NCBI GenBank assembly: GCA_963800765.1
Contig: CAWDCF010000012.1
Coordinates: 574-64,573, forward strand
Origin: an uncultured Acidimicrobiaceae bacterium
Lineage (GTDB): Bacteria > Actinomycetota > Acidimicrobiia > Acidimicrobiales > RAAP-2
Length of the DNA: 64,000 nt
Direction: 5' to 3'
Shown one piece after another: positions 41,593 through 52,289 of the stretch. The notes below the pieces were generated by a model, which worked only from the letters and a program-made list of their open reading frames with translations, searched no databases and was not told where the DNA came from. Position 1 is the stretch's first letter; every line of letters begins with the position of its first letter. Made by a program: the position numbers and the translations under genes.

Positions 41593-42872
41593 TCAGCGTC
41601 CACGAGCGGCTGGACCAACACCTCTTCGACGCGACGACCGTCCAGTCGCAGCACCGTCAAGCGATAGTGACGGGTGTGAAAGACCGCGCCGATCTCGGGC
41701 ACGCCACCAGCCAGGTCCATGACCAGTCCGCCGATGGTGTCCCAGCCGTCCTTCGGTAGGGCCAAACCGTATTCGACGTTGGCGTCGTCGATGTTCAGAC
41801 GTCCCGAGAGCTCCAGGCCCTGCTCGATGGTCTGTTCGTCGTCGTCCTCTTCGACGGTCGGGTCGGACTCGTCGGTGATCTCTCCGACGAGTTCTTCAAG
41901 GATGTCCTCGAGCGTCACGAGTCCCGCTGTGCCGCCGTATTCGTCGACGACGATATAGAGGTGGCTCTTGGATCGTCGGATCTCGCTGAGCAGCGACGCG
42001 ACGCGTTTCGTCTCGGGCACGAAGTTCGGCTGGCCCATGTGCTCGCTCAGCACCTCGTCACCGTTCCCGTTGGCGACCAGTCCGGCGAGGTGTCGCAGGT
42101 TGACGATGCCGACGACGTCGTCGACCCCTTCGCCGAGGACCGGCAGACGAGAACGTCCAGATTCCACCGCGAGGTCGAGGGCCTGGCGAATAGTGGCGGT
42201 GTCGGCGATGTCGACCATGTCGATGCGCGGCACCATGACTTCGCGCACGATCGTGTCGCCGAACTCGATGACCGAATGAATGAAGTTGCGCTCGTCGGAC
42301 TCAATGGCCCGGTCCTCGTGCGCCACGTCGGCCATGGCCAGCACCTCGGACTCGGTCACGCGTGACGTGCGCCCGGTCGGTCCGAACCAACCGATCACCG
42401 TGTCCGCGATCGAGAGGAGGAAGTTTGACACCCATTTGATCGGCCAGAACTTCAATATCCGTCGCACGACCGGCGCCGCGGTCAACGCGGCCGAGTCGGG
42501 ATGCTGGACCGCGTAGTTCTTAGGGATCGCCTCGAAGATGACGAAGATCACGACGACCTCGCCGACGGTCGCGATGAACAGACCGGCCGCGCCGAAGAGC
42601 CGTCCCGCGAGTACACCGACCATGGTCGCCGAGACCAACTGACAGATGAGGACCAACAGCAAGATCGTGTTCAGGAACTTCTCGGGCGACTCCGAGAGTT
42701 CGACGAGGGCCTTCGCGCCGTGGCGGCCCTGATCGCGAAGTGAGCGAGCACGACTCTTGTTCATTCGAACCAGTGACGTCTCGGCGACGGCGAAGAAACC
42801 GGACAGGACCAGCAGGACCGCGACCGTGACGCCGAGATAGGTGTCGCTCATCGTCCACGAAGCGGCGATCAC
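41589..42872 (-). CDS. Hemolysin-family / CNNM-CBS-CorC protein
   Basis: DUF21 TM domain, VREVMVPR, VVDEYGGTAGLVTLEDILEE. Confidence 0.92.
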   Translation of the reverse strand: MIAASWTMSDTYLGVTVAVLLVLSGFFAVAETSLVRMNKSRARSLRDQGRHGAKALVELSESPEKFLNTILLLVLICQLVSATMVGVLAGRLFGAAGLFIATVGEVVVIFVIFEAIPKNYAVQHPDSAALTAAPVVRRILKFWPIKWVSNFLLSIADTVIGWFGPTGRTSRVTESEVLAMADVAHEDRAIESDERNFIHSVIEFGDTIVREVMVPRIDMVDIADTATIRQALDLAVESGRSRLPVLGEGVDDVVGIVNLRHLAGLVANGNGDEVLSEHMGQPNFVPETKRVASLLSEIRRSKSHLYIVVDEYGGTAGLVTLEDILEELVGEITDESDPTVEEDDDEQTIEQGLELSGRLNIDDANVEYGLALPKDGWDTIGGLVMDLAGGVPEIGAVFHTRHYRLTVLRLDGRRVEEVLVQPLVDAE

Positions 42873-43375
42873 GACGAACTCTTCTGGTAGTGGCGCGCCA
42901 ACAACTCACGCTCGCGGGCCTCCATCCGCTCCGCTTCCTCGTCCTCCACGTGGTCCCAACCGAGCAGGTGCAATACGCCGTGCACCACGAGGAGCGCGAT
43001 CTCGTCATTGAACGAGACCTCGTGCTCGACGGCGTTGAGGGCCGCGACGGCCGGACAGATCACGATGTCACCGATGAGTTGTGGGATCTCGGGGAGCGGC
43101 GGCTCGCCCGGTCCGCTGCCCCCGGCGTCGGGCACCCGGCCCGATGGTTCGGGCTCGTTGTCGATGGGGAAACTGAGGACGTCGGTCGGTCCTTCCTTGC
43201 CCATGAACTGTTGGTTGAGGGCCGCGATCGTCGACTCGTCGAGGAAGATCAGCGAGACCTCCGCGAGGCCGCGCACCCCTTCGTCGCTCAGCGAGGCGTT
43301 GGCGAGCGCGACCCACGTCTCGAGCTCGATCGGTTGATCGTGCTGCTCGTCGGCGGCGTAGATGTCGATGGTCAT
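42869..43375 (-). CDS. ybeY: rRNA maturation endonuclease YbeY
   Basis: PTDVLSF; HGVLHLLGWDH. Confidence 0.95.
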   Translation of the reverse strand: MTIDIYAADEQHDQPIELETWVALANASLSDEGVRGLAEVSLIFLDESTIAALNQQFMGKEGPTDVLSFPIDNEPEPSGRVPDAGGSGPGEPPLPEIPQLIGDIVICPAVAALNAVEHEVSFNDEIALLVVHGVLHLLGWDHVEDEEAERMEARERELLARHYQKSSS

Positions 43376-44349
43376 GAGGACTGTTGTTCGTAGGCGGCGA
43401 CGATGTCCGCGACGATGCGGTGACGTACGACGTCCTTCGAGCTCAGGTGGATGAAGCTGATGCCCTCGACGTTCCAGAGGATCTTCTCGATCGTGGCGAG
43501 ACCGCTGTGCTTGCCGTTGAGGTCGACTTGGGTGACGTCGCCCGTGACGACCGCCTTGGAGTTGAAGCCAATGCGCGTGAGGAACATCTTCATCTGCTCG
43601 GGCGTCGTGTTCTGCGCCTCATCGAGGATGATGAACGAATCGTTGAGGGTCCGACCGCGCATGAAGGCGAGGGGCGCCACCTCGATCGTGCCGTTGGCGA
43701 TCAGGCGCTGCGCGCCCTCGGGACCGACCATGTCGTAGAGGGCGTCGTAGAGCGGTCGCAGGTAGGGATCGACCTTGGCCATGAGGTCACCAGGCAGAAA
43801 GCCCAGGTGCTCGCCCGCTTCCACGGCCGGTCGCGTCAACACGATGCGCTGCACCTGACGGCGGTGCAGCGCGTGGACGGCCTGGGCGACGGCGAGGTAA
43901 CTCTTACCCGTACCGGCCGGCCCGATGCCAAAGGTGATGATCGACGAGTCGATGGCGTCGGTGTAGCGCTTCTGTCCGGCCGTCGAGGGTCGCACCGCCT
44001 TGCCCTTGGCCCCGCGCACGACTTCGTGGCGCAGCACTTCGCTCGGTCGCAGGTCGTCCTCCACCATGTCGATCGTTCGCGAGATCTTCGCGGTGTCGAG
44101 TGTCTGACCACCCTCGAGCACGAGGACCAGTTCGTCGAAGAGACGCAGCACCTTGGCGGCGTTCGGACCCGAGACCGAGATCTGGTTGCCCTGCACGCGG
44201 ATCTTGGAATCGGGGAAGGCCCGTTCGACGACGCGCAGGTGCTCGTCACGGGGTCCGAGCAGTCCCGCCATCAGATGGGTGTTCGGTACGGAGGTGGTCG
44301 CCGTCAGAGCCTCTTGGGCCGTGGCATCAAAGGTCATCCGGGTGGCCAC
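43372..44349 (-). CDS. phoH: PhoH family protein
   Basis: GPAGTGKS, RPAVEAGE, MRGRT, DEAQN. Confidence 0.93.
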   Translation of the reverse strand: MATRMTFDATAQEALTATTSVPNTHLMAGLLGPRDEHLRVVERAFPDSKIRVQGNQISVSGPNAAKVLRLFDELVLVLEGGQTLDTAKISRTIDMVEDDLRPSEVLRHEVVRGAKGKAVRPSTAGQKRYTDAIDSSIITFGIGPAGTGKSYLAVAQAVHALHRRQVQRIVLTRPAVEAGEHLGFLPGDLMAKVDPYLRPLYDALYDMVGPEGAQRLIANGTIEVAPLAFMRGRTLNDSFIILDEAQNTTPEQMKMFLTRIGFNSKAVVTGDVTQVDLNGKHSGLATIEKILWNVEGISFIHLSSKDVVRHRIVADIVAAYEQQSS

Positions 44350-44678
44350 TCCATTCGTCGTCCGCCGAGGACATGCATGTGGAGGTGCGGCACGGACATC
44401 TGCGCGTCGGCCCCCACGTTGAAGACCAGTCGATAACCACTCTCGCGAACCCCTTCGAGTTCGACGACCTCTTGGGCCAGCAGCACGAGGTCATCGACGA
44501 TGCCGCCGTGGCCCGAGGCGATTTCGTCCGCACTCGTGATGTGGGCCTTCGAGATGACGAGTACGTGCACCGGCGCTTGGGGTGCGATGTCGTAGAACGC
44601 GTAGGCCCGTTCGCTCTGTGCAACGGGCTTGGAGGGAATCTCCCCCGCGACGATTTGGCAAAACAGGCAATCACTCAT
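44334..44678 (-). CDS. HIT family nucleotide-binding protein
   Basis: CLFC, HLHMH, C-terminal WPPG. Confidence 0.93.
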   Translation of the reverse strand: MSDCLFCQIVAGEIPSKPVAQSERAYAFYDIAPQAPVHVLVISKAHITSADEIASGHGGIVDDLVLLAQEVVELEGVRESGYRLVFNVGADAQMSVPHLHMHVLGGRRMEWPPG

Positions 44679-44693
44679 GTGGTGCTCTCATCA

Positions 44694-45404
44694 TTACCCG
44701 TTTTCGTCCGCCGAAAGGGTAAATCCCCATCCACCAGCCCCAAAGGCGAGCAGCGACGCCGCGACCACCCCGGCCGTCTCGGCGCGCAGGACCGTCGGTC
44801 CGAGCGACAGTTTCCGGCGCGTCGTCCACTCACCGGGCGCCCAACCGCCTTCGGGTCCGATGGCCACGGCGCGCACGTCGTCCCACGCGGGCTCGCCGTC
44901 AAAGTCGCAGACCGCGACGTTCACGGGGACGTCACGCACGTGCACCGGTTCGTCGACGTGCACGAAACGCGTGCGACGGCACTGCCCGTTGGCTTCGGCG
45001 GCGATTCGTCGCCAGCGCGCGACGATCTTCTCGCGAACGTCACCCTTGAACTTGACGACCAGTCGCTCGCTCACGAGGGGTACGACGCGGCTCACGCCGA
45101 GCTCGGTCGCCTTCGCCACCACCCACTCGCTGCGGTCGCCCTTGAGCGGCGCCAAGTACAACGTCGTCTCTGGTGTCTCGACATCGACCTCGACGCTCGT
45201 CACGCGGTGCAGCCCGACGTCGCCCACCTCACAGAGTGACCACGATCCTTCGCCGTCGGTCACGACGATCTCCTCGCCACTACGCGCGCGCAGGACCGTG
45301 CGCAGGTGGTGTTCGTCGTCAGCGCTGAGCACCGGCATATGGGGATCGTCGACACGGAACTGCGCGAGCGCGGCCACGCGGCGCGGCCACTCGAGGTGAC
45401 TCAC
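44694..45404 (-). CDS. rsmE: 16S rRNA m3U1498 methyltransferase
   Basis: HL..VLR, KATELGV, IGPEGG, LGPTVLRAETA. Confidence 0.93.
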   Translation of the reverse strand: MSHLEWPRRVAALAQFRVDDPHMPVLSADDEHHLRTVLRARSGEEIVVTDGEGSWSLCEVGDVGLHRVTSVEVDVETPETTLYLAPLKGDRSEWVVAKATELGVSRVVPLVSERLVVKFKGDVREKIVARWRRIAAEANGQCRRTRFVHVDEPVHVRDVPVNVAVCDFDGEPAWDDVRAVAIGPEGGWAPGEWTTRRKLSLGPTVLRAETAGVVAASLLAFGAGGWGFTLSADENG

Positions 45405-46501
45405 TTCTTCGCCTTTCGACGATGGAAGAGTCCTCCGGCCGCCTCGAGCACCGGTTCGTTACGGTGCTCGGCGAGCTGCCGGAGGAGTGTTTCGGATGCG
45501 TCATCGAGTTCGGTGGGCACGTCGACCACGAGGTGCACGTAGAGATCGCCGCGACCTCGGCCGTGAAGATGTTCGACGCCCTGGTGACGGATGCGGTGCA
45601 CGGTGCCGTTGGCACTCCCGGCCGTGACGTCGACCGCGACGCTCTCACGAAGCGTCGGCACTTCGATGGTCGCGCCGAGGACGGCCTGCGTGAAGGCAAT
45701 GTGCGCCTCGTGGTGCAGGTCGTCGCCGTGACGTTCGAATCGTGGATCGCTCTGCACGCGCAGGTGGACGAAGAGTCGTCCGTTCGCTCCGCCGCGAGGC
45801 CCCGCGGGGCCGCGGTCATTGAGGCGCATCGTCGAGCCGTCCTCGACACCGGCGGGCACTTGCACCGTCAGCGTCGTGGTCTCGTTTCGTCGACCCTCGC
45901 CGCGACAGTCCGGGCAGGGCGACTCGATGCGCGAGCCCATGCCGTTACACCTCGAACAGGGCATCGAGGTCACCATCTGACCGAGGATCGAGTTGCGCAC
46001 CCGTCGCACCTCACCCAGACCGGCGCACTCGACGCAGGGGACGGGCGAGGTCCCGGCCGCGCAACCTGATCCGTCACAGGTCGTGCAACGCTGCGCCAGC
46101 GTGACGGTGACCTCGTGGGTGGCCCCGAAGGCCGCGTCGTCGAGAGTGATGTTGAGCGAGATCTCGGCGTCGGGACCGGGTTGGGGTCCACGTCGTTGTG
46201 GTTGGTGACCGCCGAGCCCGCCGAAGAACATGTCGAAGATGTCCTGCACGGAGCCGCCGCCGAAGGGGTTGCCGCCCGCACCGACGTCGGATCCGAATCG
46301 GTCGTAGTTGGCGCGACGTTCGGGGTCCGAGAGGATCTCGTAGGCCTGGGAGACCTCTTTGAAGTGGGCCTCCGCGCTCGCGTCACCGGGACTGGTGTCG
46401 GGATGGTACTGACGGGCGAGTCGGCGATAGGACTTCTTCAGCTCCTCTTGCGTGCAGTCGGGACTGACCTCGAGGATCGCGTACAGATCGGAGTTAGCCA
46501 C
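45401..46501 (-). CDS. dnaJ: Chaperone DnaJ
   Basis: HPD J-domain; four CxxCxGxG repeats. Confidence 0.96.
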   Translation of the reverse strand: MANSDLYAILEVSPDCTQEELKKSYRRLARQYHPDTSPGDASAEAHFKEVSQAYEILSDPERRANYDRFGSDVGAGGNPFGGGSVQDIFDMFFGGLGGHQPQRRGPQPGPDAEISLNITLDDAAFGATHEVTVTLAQRCTTCDGSGCAAGTSPVPCVECAGLGEVRRVRNSILGQMVTSMPCSRCNGMGSRIESPCPDCRGEGRRNETTTLTVQVPAGVEDGSTMRLNDRGPAGPRGGANGRLFVHLRVQSDPRFERHGDDLHHEAHIAFTQAVLGATIEVPTLRESVAVDVTAGSANGTVHRIRHQGVEHLHGRGRGDLYVHLVVDVPTELDDASETLLRQLAEHRNEPVLEAAGGLFHRRKAKK

Positions 46502-47546
46502 GGTCGTCGGCTCCCGCGAAGTGTCGGGTCAGGTTCGCCGAGACGACCTCGGCCGCGGCCATCGCCTCGCGGTACTTCATGCGCGTGGGACCGAGCAGAC
46601 CAACCGCGCCGGCCGGCGCTCCGTCGATGGTGACCGGCGCCACGATCAGCGCACACGCGAGGAGGGGCTCGTAGCCGTGCTCGGATCCGATCGCGACCGA
46701 GAGACCCTGGTCGAGGATGTCCTGGACGAGCGACACCACGAGCAGCTCCTGCTCGAGGATCGCCAGGACCTGACGGACCGTTTCGACGCCGTCGAAGACC
46801 TCGGCGACTTTCGACGAACCGCCGATGAAGACCTGTTCGCCGTCGGTGACGGGCTGTTGGGCGTGCAGCGTGCTCACCGCCTCACGCACCAAGATCGCCT
46901 CGTGGTCGTGTCGTGAGGGCACCTGCACGCGGGTCTCGAGGGTGGTACCAATGAGGAGGGCGTTCAACTGCTTCGAAGCCTCCATCACCTCTTTGGGCGT
47001 GGCCACGAAACTGGGGGTGACGCTGTGCTTCGCGACGGAGCCATCAGAGAAGACCGTGACCAGCAGGTGGTGTCGCGATTCGAGGTTGACGAGTTGGGCG
47101 CTCAAGACGGTGGCGTGGGCGTGGCCGGCCCCGACGACGACCGATGTGTAGCTCGTGAGTTGACTGAGCAGTGTGGAGGTCTGTTCGAGCACGTCCTCGA
47201 CCTCACCGCGCACCCCGGCGAAGAACTCCTTCACCTGTTGCTGCTGGACGGTGCCGAGGACGCCCGACTTCAAGTGGTCGACAAAGTAGCGATAGCCCTT
47301 GTCGGTCGGGATCCGTCCGGCCGAGGTGTGGGGCTGGGCGAGGTAACCCTCATGTTCGAGGGCGACCATCTCGGAGCGGACCGTCGCCGATGAGACGCCC
47401 AAGTCGGAACTGGCGGCGACCGCCGAGGAGCCGACGGGCTGAGCGGTGTCGATGTGCTCGATGACGACGGCCTCGAGGATGGTGGCCTTTCGGACGTCAA
47501 GATCGGGGGCGGTGGTCGTAGGTGTACGAACTGCGCGACGGGCCAT
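46494..47546 (-). CDS. hrcA: Heat-inducible repressor HrcA
   Basis: PVGS, SSATVR, QPHTSAGRIPTDKGYR, GPTRM; AAGGAG RBS before ATG 47546. Confidence 0.96.
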   Translation of the reverse strand: MARRAVRTPTTTAPDLDVRKATILEAVVIEHIDTAQPVGSSAVAASSDLGVSSATVRSEMVALEHEGYLAQPHTSAGRIPTDKGYRYFVDHLKSGVLGTVQQQQVKEFFAGVRGEVEDVLEQTSTLLSQLTSYTSVVVGAGHAHATVLSAQLVNLESRHHLLVTVFSDGSVAKHSVTPSFVATPKEVMEASKQLNALLIGTTLETRVQVPSRHDHEAILVREAVSTLHAQQPVTDGEQVFIGGSSKVAEVFDGVETVRQVLAILEQELLVVSLVQDILDQGLSVAIGSEHGYEPLLACALIVAPVTIDGAPAGAVGLLGPTRMKYREAMAAAEVVSANLTRHFAGADDRG

Positions 47547-47557
47547 GCCTCTCCTTG

Positions 47558-47584
47558 TTAGCACTCAATTCTACAGAGTGCTAA
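47558..47584. promoter_or_regulatory. CIRCE element (HrcA operator)
   Basis: Perfect TTAGCACTC-N9-GAGTGCTAA immediately upstream of hrcA-dnaJ. Confidence 0.97.
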
Positions 47585-47615
47585 AGGTAATGTGCGGGCT
47601 GGGTAGCGTGACGAC

Positions 47616-48178
47616 ATGGAAGAAATACCGCGTTTCGAACGGCCCAAGCCCCTGTCATCGGGCGACGAGCGCAGTCAATTGGAGTCTTGGCTCAACTTTT
47701 ATCGAGCGACGTTGTTGAAAAAATGCTCTGGACTGACCTTCGACGACCTCGCCCGTCGACCTATCGAGAGTTCCACCATGTCCCTCCTCGGGCTACTGCG
47801 CCACATGACCTTCGTCGAACAGATCTGGTTCGATGTTCGCTTCGCCGGGAACGACGTCGTCGAGTACTACCGGCGCCCTGACGATCGTGAGGTCGCCTGG
47901 ACGGAGTTGGAGAGCGCGACGCTCGACGAAGTCGTCGCAACGTTCAACCAAGCGTGTGAGACTTCCGACGAATTGGCTCGCGGCCACGACGGCCTGAACT
48001 GCGCAGCTTGAAGAAGTGGTATCACCAAATTCGGGATGAGATTGTCAAGAACCCGGGCGTCGGGCGCGAACCCGTGGACCTGCGTTGGATCTACCTCCAC
48101 ATGATCGAGGAGTACGCGCGCCATTGCGGGCACGCCGACTTACTACGGGAACTCATTGACGGAGTCACTGGTTACTAA
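47616..48178 (+). CDS. DinB/DUF664 family protein, frameshifted near 47990-48050
   Basis: [13 protein letters not shown]; the shifted frame ends [28 protein letters not shown]. Confidence 0.82.
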
Positions 48179-48201
48179 ACGCGCACTGCCGTCGGGGACG
48201 T

Positions 48202-50008
48202 TCAGTCCTCGAGTTTGAGTGCCGCGACGAACGCCTCCTGGGGGACTTCGACGCGTCCGAGGTTCTTCATACGCTTCTTGCCCTCCTTCTGCTTCTCGAG
48301 GAGTTTGCGCTTGCGTGTGATGTCGCCGCCGTAACACTTGGCGAGGACGTCCTTTCGACGGGCCTTAACGGTCTCGCGCGAGATGATTCGCCCTCCGACC
48401 GCGGCCTGGATGGGTACGTCGAACATCTGTCGCGGGATGAGTTCCTTCAGACGCTCGGCCATTCGACGTCCGTAGTAGTCGGCGTTGGATTTGTGCACGA
48501 TGGTCGAGAAGGCGTCGACCGGCTCATGGTTGATGAGAAGGTCCACGCGCACGAGTTGTGAGGTGATGTAGCCACTCGGTTCATAATCGAGGCTGGCGTA
48601 CCCCTTGGTGCGACTCTTCAACGCGTCGAAGAAGTCGATGACGACCTCGGCGAGCGGAATCGTGTAGCGCAGTTCGACCCGGTCGGTCGAGAGGTAGTCC
48701 ATCTTGATCATCTCGCCGCGTCGGCTCTGACAGAGGTCCATGACCGAGCCCAGATAGTCCGTCGGCGTCAGGATCGTGATGTCGAGCATGGGCTCGTCGA
48801 TGTGGTCGAGACGGCTGAGGTCCGGGAGCTCCGTCGGATTGTCGACGAGCAGTTCGGTGCCGTCGGTGAGAAACGCTCGATAGACCACCGAGGGAGCCGT
48901 CGCGATGATGCCGAGGTCGAACTCCCGGTCCAGTCGTTCGCGCACGATCTCCATGTGCAGCAGTCCCAAGAAGCCGCAACGAAAGCCGAAGCCGAGGGCC
49001 TTGGAGGACTCGGGCTCGTAGGTGATGGAGGCGTCGTTCAGTTTGAGTTTGTCGAGTGCGTCGCGAAGGTCGGGCAGGTCGTCACCGTCGATCGGGTAGA
49101 TGCCACAGAACACCATGGGCTTGGGGTCGAGGTAGCCCTCGAGCGGCTTGGCCGCCGGTCGGGCCGAATCGGTGATCGTCTCGCCCGAGCGCGCGCCGCC
49201 GACGTCCTTGATGCCCGCCACGATGTAACCGACCTCGCCGGGACCGAGTTGGGCGACCCGGATCATCTCGGGCGTGCGAATGCCGATCTCTTCGATCTCG
49301 TGATTCTCACCGGCCTGCATCATGCGTACTCGCGCGTCGTCTCGGAGCGTGCCGTCAACGATGCGAATCGAACTGATCACGCCGCGGTACTGGTCGTAGT
49401 AGGAGTCGAAGATGAGGGCCTGCAACGCCGCGTCGGGGTCGCCCGTCGGGCGCGGGGATTCGCGCGATGACGGCGTCGAGCAGTCGCGGCACGCCCTCCC
49501 CCGTCTTCGCCGAGATCTCGAGGATCTCGTCGGCCGGCAGGCCCAGGACTCGATCGAGCTCTTCCTTGCAGCGCTCGACGTCGGCGGCGGGAAGGTCGAT
49601 CTTGTTGAGGACCGCGATGATCTCGAGATTGTGCTCCAGAGCTTGGTAGCAGTTCGCCAAGGTTTGGGCCTGAATTCCCTGACTCGCGTCAACGAGGAGC
49701 ACGGCTCCGTCGCACGCCGCGAGCGAACGCGAGACCTCGTAGCCAAAGTCCACGTGGCCCGGCGTGTCGATCAGTTGGATGATGTGACCCGAGTACTGGA
49801 CCCGGACGTTCTGGGCCTTGATGGTGATGCCGCGCTCGCGTTCGATGTCCATCGAGTCCAGGTACTGGGCACGCATGAGTCGCGGATCGACGGCGCCCGT
49901 GATCTCGAGGATGCGGTCCGACAAGGTTGACTTGCCGTGATCGATGTGCGCGATGATGCTGATGGTCCGAATTTTGCTGGAATCAACAGTCGTTGGAGGA
50001 GTTGCCAC
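48202..50008 (-). CDS. lepA: Elongation factor 4, apparent frameshift near 49460
   Basis: [24 protein letters not shown]; [11 protein letters not shown]; [10 protein letters not shown]. Confidence 0.95.
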
Positions 50009-50129
50009 GGTCTGATCAAGGCTATCGTCCCCCTTGCGCGAACTCTCACAGCCGGAGCCTCAAAGGCGGCCTGCTAATATTGCAAAGCCCGCCGGAGCAA
50101 TCTTCCGCGCACTGAGAACGAGGAATTCC

Positions 50130-50393
50130 GTGGCAAACATCAAGAGCCAGATCAAGCGCAACAAGCAGAACGTGGTGGCGCGCGACCGCAACAAGGCCGT
50201 GAAGTCAGAACTGCGTACCCGCGTGAAGAACGCCGTCGCGGCCGTGGGCACCGAGGACGAGGAAAACGCGTTGCGCGCCGCGATCAAGCGCATCGACAAG
50301 GCCGCCACGAAGAAGGTCATCCACAAGAACCAGGCCGCCAACAAGAAGAGTGGCCTGATGAAGCGCATCGCCACCCTGAAGGAAAACGCCTAA
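50130..50393 (+). CDS. rpsT: 30S ribosomal protein S20
   Basis: ANIKSQIKR...[11 protein letters not shown]; GTG start after GAGG. Confidence 0.96.
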   Translation: MANIKSQIKRNKQNVVARDRNKAVKSELRTRVKNAVAAVGTEDEENALRAAIKRIDKAATKKVIHKNQAANKKSGLMKRIATLKENA

Positions 50394-50415
50394 CCCTTCG
50401 CCTCAGCCCTCGTGG

Positions 50416-51432
50416 CTAGCGACGCCTCGCGCCCTGGGTCATCTTGGCCAGTCGCGCCACGAGAATCTCAATGACCGTGAGATCGGTCACGTCCATGTCC
50501 GTATTGAGGTCTTTCCCGCCGTAGCTGACACCACCCTTCAAGGCGATGTCGGCGTCGGTGATCCAGTGCACCGCGGTCGCAATCCGCTCCGGTCCCAGAC
50601 GCTGGGAAATCTGCAGCGACTTCTGCGCGGGGAAACCCTTGATGCCGAGCAGCACACCCGCCTCCTCGGCGTTGCGCACGCCGCTGCCCTCGAGTTTGGT
50701 CATGCGCAGATAGTGGCGTTGCAGGATGTTCACGATCTGCAGTCCCGCTCGGCCCTTGGAGTCGAGCATCCGACGGGCCACGACGATCGCCTTGGTCGCG
50801 TCGCCGCTGTCGATGGCGTCGGTCAGGTCCCATTCGGGTACGTCGCCGGCGTCGCCCAAGTACGGCTCGATGTGCGAGAAGTTGAGCGGCGCCGTTCCGT
50901 AGATCGCGTGGAGCGTTCGGGCCAGTGCGTCCACGCGCGCCACGTCGTCGCCGAGTTGGTCGGTCACCTTGAGTGCGGTGGCGTGATCGATGGTCACGCG
51001 ATAGTCCGCCATCTTCGATTCGACGAAGGTGACCCGGTCGGCCGACCTCGATGAGACGTTCACTTCGATGACGTCGCCGGCGCCTTTCACGAGCTTGTGC
51101 GCCTTCGTCCCCACGACCGCGAGGACGAGGACGACGGAGGGCGCCGGGTCGTTCATCCACGCGAGAAGTTCGGTGACCTCGTCGCTGAGCAACGACTGTG
51201 CGTCACGCACGACGACCACTCGGCGATCGACGAGGAACGGCGGCGTGTTGAGTGCTTCGAGGACTCGCGGCGCCACCGATTCGCCGCCCGATGACGTCAC
51301 GTCCTTGGCGGTGAAGTCCTGGAGGGCGAACGAGGGGTCGAGGTCGCCCAGGGCGCCGGCGATCACGTTGTGCACTGCGTCGTAGACCATGGTTGGGTCA
51401 GTCCCGACCACGCAGACGCTGGCGCTACTCAT
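50416..51432 (-). CDS. holA: DNA polymerase III delta subunit
   Basis: LNTPPFL..RRVVVVR, WDLTDAI, ADIALKG; convergent with rpsT as is typical. Confidence 0.85.
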   Translation of the reverse strand: MSSASVCVVGTDPTMVYDAVHNVIAGALGDLDPSFALQDFTAKDVTSSGGESVAPRVLEALNTPPFLVDRRVVVVRDAQSLLSDEVTELLAWMNDPAPSVVLVLAVVGTKAHKLVKGAGDVIEVNVSSRSADRVTFVESKMADYRVTIDHATALKVTDQLGDDVARVDALARTLHAIYGTAPLNFSHIEPYLGDAGDVPEWDLTDAIDSGDATKAIVVARRMLDSKGRAGLQIVNILQRHYLRMTKLEGSGVRNAEEAGVLLGIKGFPAQKSLQISQRLGPERIATAVHWITDADIALKGGVSYGGKDLNTDMDVTDLTVIEILVARLAKMTQGARRR

Positions 51433-52289
51433 ACGTTCTCTTCGAGAAGTCTCGCCAGCACGTCGCGCACTCGAACCGCACCCAGGACGTCATGAACCCG
51501 AACGATACGACACCCGGCGCCGATGCCGAGCGCCGTCGCCGCGAGCGACGGTTCGCGTCGTTCGACGACCGATAAGTCGAAGAGGACCCCGAGGAAGGTC
51601 TTGTTGGACGCCGAGAGCAGGAGTGGCGATCCGAGCGACGCCAAGCGGTCCGAGTCGCGCAGCAGTTGCAGTGACTGACCAGCGGTCTTGCCGAGGTCGA
51701 GCCCGGCGTCGAGGATGATCTTGTCCATGGTGATGCCTGCGTCCAACGCGCGCTGGCGGCGCTCGAGCAAGAAATCAGTGACGCTCTTCGTGACGTCGTC
51801 GTAGTGGGGATCGGGGTCGGCCACCCGGGGGCGAAGGCGAATGTGCGTGGCCACGACGGTCGCGCCCGCGCTCGCGGCGACCTTCAGGTAGTCGGGGTCA
51901 CCAAATCCACTGATGTCGTTGCCCACGCAGGCACCCTGCGCGAAGCAGGCCTGGGCGACCGATGCGCGCCACGTGTCAATACTTATAGGCACATCAAAAC
52001 GCGTGACGAGTTCGGCCACGACGTCCACCACTCGATGGAGTTCTTCGGCTTCGCTGACGTCGTCGCCCGGACCGGCCTTCACGCCCCCGATGTCGAGCAG
52101 GTCGGCGCCGTCATTGACCAACTGGTCGGCTCTCGCGAACAGCGCATCAAGGTCGAACGTCGCGGCCGGCCCGAAGAACGAATCGTGCGTTCGATTCAAG
52201 ATCCCCATCACGAGAGCCCTCGACGTGACGTCGTAGGAGGCACTACCGAGCGTGAGAGTGAGCGGGTGCGCTGGTCGAAAGACCTGCAC
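51429..52289 (-). CDS. folP: Dihydropteroate synthase
   Basis: MGILNRTHDSF, DIGG, SIDT, SNK, RVHDV. Confidence 0.92.
   Translation of the reverse strand: MQVFRPAHPLTLTLGSASYDVTSRALVMGILNRTHDSFFGPAATFDLDALFARADQLVNDGADLLDIGGVKAGPGDDVSEAEELHRVVDVVAELVTRFDVPISIDTWRASVAQACFAQGACVGNDISGFGDPDYLKVAASAGATVVATHIRLRPRVADPDPHYDDVTKSVTDFLLERRQRALDAGITMDKIILDAGLDLGKTAGQSLQLLRDSDRLASLGSPLLLSASNKTFLGVLFDLSVVERREPSLAATALGIGAGCRIVRVHDVLGAVRVRDVLARLLEENV

Noticed and set aside
49440-49480. Programmed frameshift in lepA
   Set aside because: No such mechanism is known to me for lepA and there is no clear slippery site; many similar indels elsewhere indicate sequencing error.
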